Virus record (IMG/VR): IMGVR_UViG_3300012352_000462
Location: 1-46,323 of that record
DNA from: a virus
Taxonomy: Duplodnaviria > Caudoviricetes
Strand: one strand, 5' to 3'
DNA: 46,323 nucleotides
In this document: positions 1-6,240 of the stretch, piece after piece
Layout: every line of letters starts with the position of its first letter
How positions within the stretch are numbered: position 1 is the first letter of the stretch
Notes under the pieces: model-generated
Told to the model about the DNA's origin: nothing
Seen by the model: only the letters and a program-made list of their open reading frames with translations
The model's database searches: none
Made by a program: the position numbers and the translations under genes

Positions 1-378
1 TAGGTTCTGCTCTAGGACTTCCTTGCGGTTGATGTGCTTGTTGCCATACCACTCACTCTGGTTTGGCTTCTTTGGCTCAGTCGGCTTGACAGGGAAACCA
101 ACAATCTTGTCAGAGTCAAAGGTCAGTTCCAAACGCCCGTGATAGTTAGTTGTGATACGGATTAGGTCGCCAAACTCATAACCAATCTTGTCCACATTCT
201 TGCTAACAAAATCAGTAATAGCCTTGGCAACCTCAGTCTTGTAGATTGCTAGGTCTGCCTCATACTTCTCGTAGTCAGCAGGGTAAGACGCAACATCAGC
301 GTCAATCTTCTGAATCGCTTCCTCAATCTGAGCGATTACAGCAGCGGTTGGAACTTTTACGGATAGCGAACGAGCCAT
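1..378 (-). CDS. Hypothetical early protein, 3' end runs off the window (MARSLSVKVPTAAVIAQIEEAIQK...)
   Basis: Own translation: ATG at 378, open to position 1; AGAAAG SD and TGTCAG-N10-TATAAT promoter upstream; absent from the ORF track because there is no stop. Confidence 0.85.
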   Translation of the reverse strand, partial: MARSLSVKVPTAAVIAQIEEAIQKIDADVASYPADYEKYEADLAIYKTEVAKAITDFVSKNVDKIGYEFGDLIRITTNYHGRLELTFDSDKIVGFPVKPTEPKKPNQSEWYGNKHINRKEVLEQNL

Positions 379-409
379 TTTTATCTACTTTCTTTGGGGT
401 TGTGTATTT

Positions 410-431
410 ATTATAGGGGTAGGGTCTGACA
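410..431 (-). promoter_or_regulatory. PafBC/RecA-NDp-like promoter 1
   Basis: TGTCAG-ACCCTACCCC-TATAAT. Confidence 0.75.
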
Positions 432-440
432 TTTATTGTG

Positions 441-467
441 GGGTAGTTTATTGTGATACCCAGCACA
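441..467 (-). ncRNA. Compact H-type pseudoknot, copy 1, just after a stop codon
   Basis: UGUG-CU-GGGUA-U-CACA-AUAAAC-UACCC; covaries with the copy at 1178-1205. Confidence 0.6.
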
Positions 468-472
468 TTCCG

Positions 473-706
473 CTAAAAGATTCCTAGAATCTTCTTGCGT
501 GGAACAGTAACAGTCTTAGTAACAACCTTTTCGATTACCTTAGCCTGTGGCAGAGGAATGAAGCGAGTTTGGTTAGTAGAACCATCAAAAGTTCCATTAG
601 GATTACGGACAACTGCCTTGAATCCCTCACCAGACTTAGTTACCCAAATCTCGGTGCGAACATCTAAGCGTTGATTTTTTCTTTCAGCGATAATCTTTCC
701 AGACAT
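473..706 (-). CDS. Hypothetical early protein, 77 aa
   Basis: ORF track; purine-rich SD and own promoter at 737-758. Confidence 0.8.
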   Translation of the reverse strand: MSGKIIAERKNQRLDVRTEIWVTKSGEGFKAVVRNPNGTFDGSTNQTRFIPLPQAKVIEKVVTKTVTVPRKKILGIF

Positions 707-736
707 CTTTTCTCTTTTCTTCTTCAGGATACTTAT

Positions 737-758
737 AGTTTATCAGTAGGGTCTGACA
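737..758 (-). promoter_or_regulatory. PafBC/RecA-NDp-like promoter 2
   Basis: TGTCAG-ACCCTACTGA-TAAACT. Confidence 0.75.
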
Positions 759-768
759 TTATAGATAG

Positions 769-809
769 TTGGGGGGATAGAGAAAGGATAAGAAACGCTA
801 TCCCCCCAA
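769..809 (-). ncRNA. Stem-loop with 17-nt anti-SD-like loop
   Basis: 12-bp perfect inverted repeat TTGGGGGGATAG/CTATCCCCCCAA; minus-strand loop CGUUUCUUAUCCUUUCU. Confidence 0.55.
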
Positions 810-819
810 GTCTATTTAT

Positions 820-972
820 TTACTTGACAGTAGTCCAGCGTGGCTGACCATTCACATCTAGGCGAACACGGCTTGAGCCATTCTTGTTCAGGACTACTTC
901 CTGAATGATACCTGAAACACCACTCTTAGCGGTGGTGAACTGTGAGCCAACAGTTAGAGTTGCGTTTGACAT
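820..972 (-). CDS. Small beta-rich hypothetical protein, 50 aa (MSNATLTVGSQFTTAKSGVSG...RWTTVK)
   Basis: Own translation; GAAGGAAG SD; canonical promoter upstream. Confidence 0.8.
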   Translation of the reverse strand: MSNATLTVGSQFTTAKSGVSGIIQEVVLNKNGSSRVRLDVNGQPRWTTVK

Positions 973-1039
973 TTGCTTCCTTCACCTAATCAGCATTAGG
1001 ATTTTTCTCGATTTATTTATCAGAACTTCTGATGTATCT

Positions 1040-1068
1040 ATTATGGGGCATAAACGAACTAATGTCAA
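1040..1068 (-). promoter_or_regulatory. Housekeeping-sigma promoter
   Basis: TTGACA-N17-CATAAT. Confidence 0.7.
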
Positions 1069-1177
1069 GTCCAAATGCCACTTTTTAGATGTTTTTTTCT
1101 ACAAAGTTTTGGGGGATTTTTTGTAGCTTTCGTAACTTGACAAATGGGGAGGCTGGGGGATCGGTACCACAAAGTGG

Positions 1178-1205
1178 GGACAGTTTAACGTCGTGTCCAG
1201 GACGT
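1178..1205 (-). ncRNA. Compact H-type pseudoknot, copy 2
   Basis: (A)CGUC-CU-GGACA-C-GACG-UUAAAC-UGUCC; same loops as copy 1 with compensatory stems. Confidence 0.6.
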
Positions 1206-1236
1206 AGGTCCCCAGAAAGGATATAAGAGGGACCTA
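1205..1236 (-). ncRNA. Stem-loop with 16-nt anti-SD-like loop
   Basis: TAGGTCCC/GGGACCTA stem; minus-strand loop UCUUAUAUCCUUUCUG. Confidence 0.55.
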
Positions 1237-1258
1237 GTGCACGTACCCCTACGTACAG

Positions 1259-1978
1259 CTATTTTTTGCTTGCACTGAACAAAATATCATTGCGAGCAAA
1301 TACACATTGCGAACATGCAACACATGCAGAACCCTTTTCGCTAATCAGCTGCAACTTACGATTATTTTCAGGGCATGGAATGGCAGACTTGTCTTGAATA
1401 GTCTTGAAGTCCGCCTTACCTGTAGCAAAGTCTTTAGCAAGATAAGCAAGCTTTACATCATACTGTTGCTTTAGTTCGAATCCTAGGTCCTTGTTGGCCT
1501 CATCCGTAGAAAAGTATAGGCTAAGGTTGTCAATACCAATAAGCATTGGGATAGCAAAGTCTGAACGAGTATATGCCCAAAATTGAACGGTATTGTGCTT
1601 TAGGATTACATCCTTCCATGCATTAGTGTAATCAACATTGAAGAAGTCACCGTCCCAGTGAATGCGGAATAACTTTTCTGCATTACGCTTGTCACACTCT
1701 GCAACAAATTCGGTAATCATATCATCGATTAGGTTATACATGGTAAGGTAATCAGCGTCTTTTACCTGTTCCCAGTTCTTAGTCAATACCTCACGAACAC
1801 CCTTGAATACACGCTCTAGGTTACCTGCATAGCAAATCTTTTCACATACGGTAGTTGCTCCAGGGCATGAGTAAGCTTTTCCGCTAGGTAGGCCAAAGGT
1901 ATTGGCCATGGTTGGCTGCTTGCCTGCCTTGTTAACTTGGTTGGCAACTTTTCTATCTTTTGAACGAATTAGGGGCAT
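1259..1978 (-). CDS. GP88-family phage protein (Cys-rich, radical-SAM-like motif spacing)
   Basis: Motifs FGLPSG..SCPGA..VCEKICYA, FRIHWDGDFF, FWAYTR and C-terminal CPE...CVACSQC are typical of actinophage gp88-like proteins. Confidence 0.75.
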   Translation of the reverse strand: MPLIRSKDRKVANQVNKAGKQPTMANTFGLPSGKAYSCPGATTVCEKICYAGNLERVFKGVREVLTKNWEQVKDADYLTMYNLIDDMITEFVAECDKRNAEKLFRIHWDGDFFNVDYTNAWKDVILKHNTVQFWAYTRSDFAIPMLIGIDNLSLYFSTDEANKDLGFELKQQYDVKLAYLAKDFATGKADFKTIQDKSAIPCPENNRKLQLISEKGSACVACSQCVFARNDILFSASKK

Positions 1979-2002
1979 TGGGGTATCCTTTCAACTATTA
2001 AA

Positions 2003-2031
2003 AGTATACAGCTGGGGTAGGACATTGTCAA
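2003..2031 (-). promoter_or_regulatory. Composite promoter: -35 plus PafBC-like -26 element (promoter 3)
   Basis: TTGACA-A-TGTCCT-ACCCCAGCTG-TATACT (17-nt and 10-nt spacers). Confidence 0.7.
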
Positions 2032-2120
2032 GGATCCTGGGGGAGTTTCTTAAAGTTTCTTAATTTGACATTTAGATCAAGAAGTGATCGGCCCCCTTTC
2101 GGGGACTTTGTCAAGTCTAT

Positions 2121-2393
2121 TTAGTATTCCTCATCCAACTCAACCCAAGGCTGAAGGTGGTGCTGATAGATTATCTCATCGCTAGGGGCAAACTTGCTTC
2201 CTCGATAGGTAACGCCTTCTGGCATTTCAACCATTTTCATCCAGTCACCTGCGAGGGCATTGTCAATAGCCTCTAGGCAAGCGTCAATCATTGAAGACGG
2301 AACTGGTGGATAGTGATTAGACTGAAGGTGCCAGCCAATAGCGGTACGAGTGTCTAGCATTTCTGCCATCTCTTGTGCTTGTAGTGAACCCAT
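2121..2393 (-). CDS. Hypothetical early protein, 90 aa (WHLQSNHYPPVP motif)
   Basis: ORF track; AAAAGGATAA SD. Confidence 0.85.
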   Translation of the reverse strand: MGSLQAQEMAEMLDTRTAIGWHLQSNHYPPVPSSMIDACLEAIDNALAGDWMKMVEMPEGVTYRGSKFAPSDEIIYQHHLQPWVELDEEY

Positions 2394-2408
2394 TTTATTA
2401 TCCTTTTC

Positions 2409-2591
2409 TTATCTAACTAATCCGCTGTTGTAACGGTGTGTAAAACTAACAACTACCTCTTCATAGGTAAGGTCTTCATCAGTGCCTTCGTCATACCCAT
2501 ACTGAGCGATAAACTCTTCCAGCTCTTCCGTAGGGTTGTCGCTTTCTACTATGCGTAGCAACTCTTGTGTCTGGTCTAGTGATAGAAACAT
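2409..2591 (-). CDS. Small acidic hypothetical protein, 60 aa
   Basis: ORF track; AGAAAG SD; promoter at 2630-2651. Confidence 0.75.
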   Translation of the reverse strand: MFLSLDQTQELLRIVESDNPTEELEEFIAQYGYDEGTDEDLTYEEVVVSFTHRYNSGLVR

Positions 2592-2629
2592 CGTGTCTAC
2601 TTTCTTGCTGAGGGGTGTCCAACTCTAAT

Positions 2630-2651
2630 AGCATAGCAGTTGGCACAGACA
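2630..2651 (-). promoter_or_regulatory. PafBC/RecA-NDp-like promoter 4
   Basis: TGTCTG-TGCCAACTGC-TATGCT. Confidence 0.7.
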
Positions 2652-2711
2652 TTTATTGTTTTGATAGGGAATAGATTTTTAGTTAGTTTATTACAATCAA
2701 AGCAGTTGTAT

Positions 2712-2849
2712 TTACTCATACTTTACCAAGCCCAAGTGAACCTGAATGACAGCGAATTCCATTAGGGTTTTCTCTAGGTCAGTTAGTTCACGGCTAACAA
2801 CCTTTTGAGCCTTAGCGATTACCTTGTCTGCGATTTCCTGAGTGTCCAT
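2712..2849 (-). CDS. Microprotein, 45 aa (MDTQEIADKVIAKAQK...)
   Basis: Own translation; AGAAAGGATAA SD. Confidence 0.75.
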   Translation of the reverse strand: MDTQEIADKVIAKAQKVVSRELTDLEKTLMEFAVIQVHLGLVKYE

Positions 2850-2875
2850 TTAGTTATCCTTTCTTAGTTAGTTAT

Positions 2876-2897
2876 AGATTACCAGAGGGGTCAGACA
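2876..2897 (-). promoter_or_regulatory. PafBC/RecA-NDp-like promoter 5
   Basis: TGTCTG-ACCCCTCTGG-TAATCT. Confidence 0.75.
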
Positions 2898-3020
2898 TTA
2901 TAGGAATTCGAATGGGTCACGATCTTGAAAGATCTCTTCGAAGTCTGCGAGGGTATACTGTTCAGGGTTAGCTAAGTAGTCTGCTAATGCTTCCTGAATC
3001 TCTAGTGCTTGCTCATCCAT
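2898..3020 (-). CDS. Acidic microprotein, 40 aa (MDEQALEIQEALADYL...)
   Basis: Own translation; GAGAGGA SD; TAATG coupling to the upstream gene. Confidence 0.75.
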   Translation of the reverse strand: MDEQALEIQEALADYLANPEQYTLADFEEIFQDRDPFEFL

Positions 3021-3178
3021 TAGTTGATATCCTCTCTAATAGCCTTAGCTTTGTTGCTTTGGCGTGTGCCTTTGAACTTGTCTGGGGTAACAATCTGTTT
3101 CTTTCCTGCCTTTAGCATAGAGTGGAACAGAGCCTGTGATTCTGCTTTGCGTCTTGCTTCGTTTCTTTTACCTATCAT
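3020..3178 (-). CDS. Basic microprotein, 52 aa (MIGKRNEARRKAESQ...), probably leaderless
   Basis: Own translation; ATG lies 6 nt after the TAGAAT -10 box. Confidence 0.75.
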   Translation of the reverse strand: MIGKRNEARRKAESQALFHSMLKAGKKQIVTPDKFKGTRQSNKAKAIREDIN

Positions 3179-3513
3179 GCTGCTATTCTATCACTAGGGA
3201 CTGACATTTTACCAATGACTCTACCAATACGCCTAAACTCTTTGAACTGCTCAACTGTGTGAATGATGTGGCAGTTAGCACAGATAATACGGCACTTAGC
3301 AATCTCAGCCAAAATCATAGCCTGTGAGTAACTTGTCATAGAGCCTGGGTTTCTTCTCTTACCTGTGGCAGTAATGTGCTTAGTGTCAGGGTCAAGGTGG
3401 TCAAACTGTAAAGCGGCTGGGTTAGCGTTGTATCCACACTCACAGCAACCTTTGTCAGTCTTGATTTTGTCAAGCATCTTGCGGTTGTCAATCTGGCGTT
3501 GTGATAGAGGCAT
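3175..3513 (-). CDS. HNH endonuclease (Zn-binding)
   Basis: CCECG...LQFDH...EIAKCRIICANCH. Confidence 0.85.
   Translation of the reverse strand: MPLSQRQIDNRKMLDKIKTDKGCCECGYNANPAALQFDHLDPDTKHITATGKRRNPGSMTSYSQAMILAEIAKCRIICANCHIIHTVEQFKEFRRIGRVIGKMSVPSDRIAA
3185..3206 (-). promoter_or_regulatory. PafBC/RecA-NDp-like promoter 6, inside the 3' end of the HNH gene
   Basis: TGTCAG-TCCCTAGTGA-TAGAAT. Confidence 0.75.
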
Positions 3514-3540
3514 TTGGGGTAATCCTTTCTTCTAATAAAA

Positions 3541-3569
3541 AGTATACAGGATTGGGGACTTTTTAGCAA
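3541..3569 (-). promoter_or_regulatory. Housekeeping-sigma promoter
   Basis: TTGCTA-N17-TATACT. Confidence 0.55.
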
Positions 3570-3628
3570 GTTTCTTAAATCGTGTCGTAAATAAAATTCA
3601 AGGGCAGGGCCGATCACACATCTGACGT

Positions 3629-3823
3629 TTAGTCAAATGCATAGAGAGAAGCATACATCTCTCCGATAGCCTCCTCCTCACGGACACGTGCTTCCGCCTG
3701 GCGAAGGTATTCCTTCTGCTCAGGGGTACGAGCTGCCTCCTCAGCAGCAATCTCAGCCTGCCAAGCGAGGAACTCCTCAAACTCAGCCTGCAACTCTTCT
3801 TGGGTCATCTCTGAATCAAACAT
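3629..3823 (-). CDS. Acidic helical hypothetical protein, 64 aa
   Basis: ORF track; GAAAGGATAA SD. Confidence 0.8.
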   Translation of the reverse strand: MFDSEMTQEELQAEFEEFLAWQAEIAAEEAARTPEQKEYLRQAEARVREEEAIGEMYASLYAFD

Positions 3824-3846
3824 GCTTTATCCTTTCAACTAAGACA

Positions 3847-3875
3847 AACATATCACAAATCTGGGGAAAAGTCAA
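3847..3875 (-). promoter_or_regulatory. Housekeeping-sigma promoter
   Basis: TTGACT-N17-TATGTT. Confidence 0.6.
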
Positions 3876-3976
3876 GGGCTTTCTTAAAATCTTTCGTAAA
3901 TAAAAAGATCACGATCAGGGGCCGTTACGGTCCCACAAACCAGGAACCTTGTCAAGTCCCTGGCGTGGCGTGTCGT

Positions 3977-4096
3977 TTAGAACGGTGGCTTGAATAGTTC
4001 CTTAGCCTTGCGGTATCCAACACCGTGAGCCATTAGGTAAACTACGGTAGCAAGTAGAATGTCTACTAGAAGGTTGAAGCCGTTGTAAAAAATCAT
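3977..4096 (-). CDS. Single-TM membrane microprotein, 39 aa (MIFYNGFNLLVDILLATVVYLMAHGVGYRKAK...)
   Basis: Own translation; AGAAAGGA SD; TTGACA-N17-TAAAAT promoter at 4124-4152. Confidence 0.75.
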   Translation of the reverse strand: MIFYNGFNLLVDILLATVVYLMAHGVGYRKAKELFKPPF

Positions 4097-4131
4097 TTGA
4101 GTTTTTCCTTTCTTGTTAGTTTTATTTTAGA

Positions 4132-4293
4132 CTATGGCAGGTAGTCTGTCAAGTCTTGCTCTAGGTAAGCCTCGGCATCAGCGACAGGCATTAGACCCTT
4201 GTAGTCCCCACACTCTGGGCAGATGTAGGCGTGGGTAGTGGTGTAGCAGAAGACGCAGAATCGAAGGTCCTTGTCTGGTGTAGTGTAAGTCAT
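4132..4293 (-). CDS. Zn-ribbon microprotein, 53 aa (CVFC...CPECG)
   Basis: Own translation; AGAAAGGAAG SD. Confidence 0.75.
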   Translation of the reverse strand: MTYTTPDKDLRFCVFCYTTTHAYICPECGDYKGLMPVADAEAYLEQDLTDYLP

Positions 4294-4316
4294 TTTGACT
4301 TCCTTTCTTTTTTATT

Positions 4317-4338
4317 ACTCTAGCAGAGGGGTCTGACA
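4317..4338 (-). promoter_or_regulatory. PafBC/RecA-NDp-like promoter 7
   Basis: TGTCAG-ACCCCTCTGC-TAGAGT. Confidence 0.75.
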
Positions 4339-4339
4339 T

Positions 4340-4507
4340 TTATTTCATTACAGCGTCAATAAACCGCTGGTGGTCAAATCTTGGGTTGTCCTTTGAAAAC
4401 ATTTCTGAAAACTTTTCAGCAACATCAGACAAGATTAGAAAATCTACATCATCAGCCATTGAGTTTAGAATGTTTGCGGTTTCTACATAGTCCTTGCGAG
4501 TCATCAT
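4340..4507 (-). CDS. Phage microprotein, 55 aa (MMTRKDY...DNPRFDHQRF)
   Basis: Own translation; AAGGATAG SD; the motif pattern is recurrent in phage early regions. Confidence 0.8.
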   Translation of the reverse strand: MMTRKDYVETANILNSMADDVDFLILSDVAEKFSEMFSKDNPRFDHQRFIDAVMK

Positions 4508-4519
4508 TATTTTCTATCC

Positions 4520-4669
4520 TTAGTTTTGGTGGGTTAGGGTAAAGGTAAAGTAGCCATCACGCTTGCTTGCTACCTTATGGTGAAACATTGGGTTGCCGTA
4601 TAGGTCTGGGGCAAACAAGCCCAAGCCCTCGCAGGTTTCGCACTTTACTAGTTCTGAATCTTTATACAT
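4520..4669 (-). CDS. Microprotein, 49 aa (CETC motif)
   Basis: Own translation; AGAAAGGA SD. Confidence 0.7.
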   Translation of the reverse strand: MYKDSELVKCETCEGLGLFAPDLYGNPMFHHKVASKRDGYFTFTLTHQN

Positions 4670-4694
4670 TTAGTTTTCCTTTCTTAGTGGTTCT

Positions 4695-4716
4695 AATCTA
4701 ACACAGGGGTCAGACA
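4695..4716 (-). promoter_or_regulatory. PafBC/RecA-NDp-like promoter 8
   Basis: TGTCTG-ACCCCTGTGT-TAGATT. Confidence 0.75.
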
Positions 4717-4717
4717 T

Positions 4718-4897
4718 TTATCGTGTCTTGTTGAGCAACAAATCCATGTATCGCTCTTGAGCGTGTTCTGGCAGGGCATTGAAAGTGTTAGTGTTCATGT
4801 ATCGCTTGCCATCACGAATCATGGCAGGGTTGAAGACGATAGCGTTTACACGCTCCATGAAAGCCTTCTCGGTCTTGGTCATTCTTGGTTTTCTCAT
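4718..4897 (-). CDS. Basic microprotein, 59 aa (MRKPRMTKTEKAFMERV...)
   Basis: Own translation; AGAAAGGT SD. Confidence 0.75.
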   Translation of the reverse strand: MRKPRMTKTEKAFMERVNAIVFNPAMIRDGKRYMNTNTFNALPEHAQERYMDLLLNKTR

Positions 4898-4921
4898 TAG
4901 TTTACCTTTCTTATTACTACA

Positions 4922-4943
4922 AACTTAGCACAGGGGTCAGACA
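4922..4943 (-). promoter_or_regulatory. PafBC/RecA-NDp-like promoter 9
   Basis: TGTCTG-ACCCCTGTGC-TAAGTT. Confidence 0.75.
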
Positions 4944-4993
4944 TTTTAGCTACGACACGCCGTTACCGTTATAAATCCGTTACAAATCTGGGG

Positions 4994-5040
4994 ATCCAAG
5001 ATCTTGTGTCTTAAACCGTAAAAGCTACTATATGTGGGGG
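4994..5040. promoter_or_regulatory. Tandem NrdR-like boxes, pair 1
   Basis: Cores CAAGATCTTG (4997) and CTATATGTGG (5028), 31 bp apart. Confidence 0.55.
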
Positions 5041-5092
5041 CCGTATACGATCCCAGGCGTATCCACACTTGTCAAGTGCGACACGCCGTAGA

Positions 5093-5266
5093 TTACATAT
5101 TTCTTAGCATTTCGTTATAGTCTGCCAATGCCTTGGCATAAATCTCAGGGTATTGCTGAGCAAGTCCCTCTAAACGCTTATCGCTATCCTTCATCTCTTG
5201 GAAGGTTCCACCCCAGTGAGCAGAGTGGTTAGATGAAACTTCTTTTAGCATTTCGTCATAAGTCAT
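5093..5266 (-). CDS. Microprotein, 57 aa (MTYDEMLKEVSSNHSAHWGG...)
   Basis: Own translation; AGAAAGGATAA SD. Confidence 0.75.
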   Translation of the reverse strand: MTYDEMLKEVSSNHSAHWGGTFQEMKDSDKRLEGLAQQYPEIYAKALADYNEMLRNM

Positions 5267-5279
5267 TAGTTATCCTTTC

Positions 5280-5423
5280 TTAGCAGTGAATCTCTAGAAT
5301 CTCTGCGATTTCTGATGAAGTCCTAGCGTAGACTTCTTCGTTACATTCAGGGCAGTTGCCTGAGTAGAAACGGTCATCCCAGTGTAGTGGAACAACCTTA
5401 CCAGTAGTTAGTGAAACAATCAT
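5280..5423 (-). CDS. Metal-binding microprotein, 47 aa (CPEC...HC)
   Basis: Own translation; AGAAAGGATAA SD. Confidence 0.75.
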   Translation of the reverse strand: MIVSLTTGKVVPLHWDDRFYSGNCPECNEEVYARTSSEIAEILEIHC

Positions 5424-5446
5424 TTGTTATCCTTTCTTATAAGTTT

Positions 5447-5468
5447 AGATTAGCAGTAGGGACTGACA
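5447..5468 (-). promoter_or_regulatory. PafBC/RecA-NDp-like promoter 10
   Basis: TGTCAG-TCCCTACTGC-TAATCT. Confidence 0.75.
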
Positions 5469-5469
5469 T

Positions 5470-5604
5470 TTAGTTACAGTCGCCGTATGCTTCGTAGCAT
5501 AGTTCGCAACATTCTTGTCCGAACTCTTCGACATACACTCTTGGAGTGTGGTTGTCGCAAATCTCGCAGAAACCTAGGTCTAGAACATTCTTTAGTGAAA
5601 ACAT
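5470..5604 (-). CDS. Zn-ribbon microprotein, 44 aa (CEICD...CCELCY); paralogue of 6455-6565
   Basis: Own translation; AGAAAGGA SD. Confidence 0.75.
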   Translation of the reverse strand: MFSLKNVLDLGFCEICDNHTPRVYVEEFGQECCELCYEAYGDCN

Positions 5605-5723
5605 CTTGTTTTCCTTTCTTTTATCTTTTTCTTTATCTATATATATTCAATCAGATAAATAGTCATTTGTCAAGCACATTTGGTAACAAATTTATAACGG
5701 ATTTTTTGTAGGGATTCTACAGG

Positions 5724-5771
5724 GGACTATATATAGTGGTCTTAAGGGGCTTTAGCTACTACATCTGGGCC
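5724..5771. promoter_or_regulatory. Tandem NrdR-like boxes, pair 2
   Basis: Cores CTATATATAG (5727) and CTACATCTGG (5759), 32 bp apart. Confidence 0.6.
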
Positions 5772-5833
5772 GTGTAACGGTCCCACATGGGGAGCACTTT
5801 GTCAAGTACATTTTGGTAACATTTTGATAACGG

Positions 5834-5896
5834 TTAGTTGGTTAGCCATGTGAACAGGACGGCCAGGGCAACGAGTACATAGATTACTTCAGTCAC
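5834..5896 (-). CDS. Hydrophobic 20-aa micropeptide (MTEVIYVLVALAVLFTWLTN)
   Basis: Own translation; GTG start overlaps the end of the upstream ORF; AAGGGA SD. Confidence 0.5.
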   Translation of the reverse strand: MTEVIYVLVALAVLFTWLTN

Positions 5897-5969
5897 AATC
5901 TATTCCCTTGTCATCAATAAGCATGATATCAATCAGTCCAATTAGGTATTCTAGTTCTTGCTTATCCAT
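5889..5969 (-). CDS. Acidic 26-aa micropeptide (MDKQELEYLIGLIDIMLIDDKGIDCD)
   Basis: Own translation; TAATG coupling with the upstream ORF. Confidence 0.55.
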   Translation of the reverse strand: MDKQELEYLIGLIDIMLIDDKGIDCD

Positions 5970-6142
5970 TATAGAACCTTGCCTTCTGCTACTACTGAAC
6001 CATTGTCAAAGCGGATGACATAGCCAGAGATGCTACCCTTTGCTACTAGGTCAGAGTAGAAAGACTTTACTGCTTCCTTGTGCTCTGGTGCGTATGATGG
6101 GAAAATCTGTGAGTTGTCTAGGTTCTGTACTACTACGTTCAT
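5969..6142 (-). CDS. Microprotein, 57 aa (MNVVVQNLDNSQIFPSY...)
   Basis: Own translation; AAAAGGATAA SD. Confidence 0.75.
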   Translation of the reverse strand: MNVVVQNLDNSQIFPSYAPEHKEAVKSFYSDLVAKGSISGYVIRFDNGSVVAEGKVL

Positions 6143-6176
6143 TTGTTTTATCCTTTTCTTCTTTGTTTGTACTATT

Positions 6177-6205
6177 AGTTTATGTTATAGGTCAGACATT
6201 GTCAA
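6177..6205 (-). promoter_or_regulatory. Composite promoter: -35 plus PafBC-like element (promoter 11)
   Basis: TTGACA-A-TGTCTG-ACCTATAACA-TAAACT. Confidence 0.75.
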
Positions 6206-6240
6206 ATCTATTTGATAACGTTTCTGTAACGTATATGTCG

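Larger units (their letters stand above)
1110..5806. repeat. Dispersed six-copy intergenic module WGGGG-N14/15-TCKTAA...GGCC/GATCGG core (at 1110, 2038, 3553, 3862, 4989, 5721)
   Basis: Conserved spacing counted by hand: TCKTAA at +20 in five copies and +19 in one. Confidence 0.65.

Noticed and set aside
452-467. CRP/GlxR-like site TGTGA-N6-GCACA
   Set aside because: The second pseudoknot copy keeps the pairing but not this sequence, so structure is the simpler explanation
3862-5067. DnaA-box cluster (TGGGGAAAA, GTATCCACA)
   Set aside because: Only isolated imperfect matches; the other TGGGG copies do not fit the 9-mer
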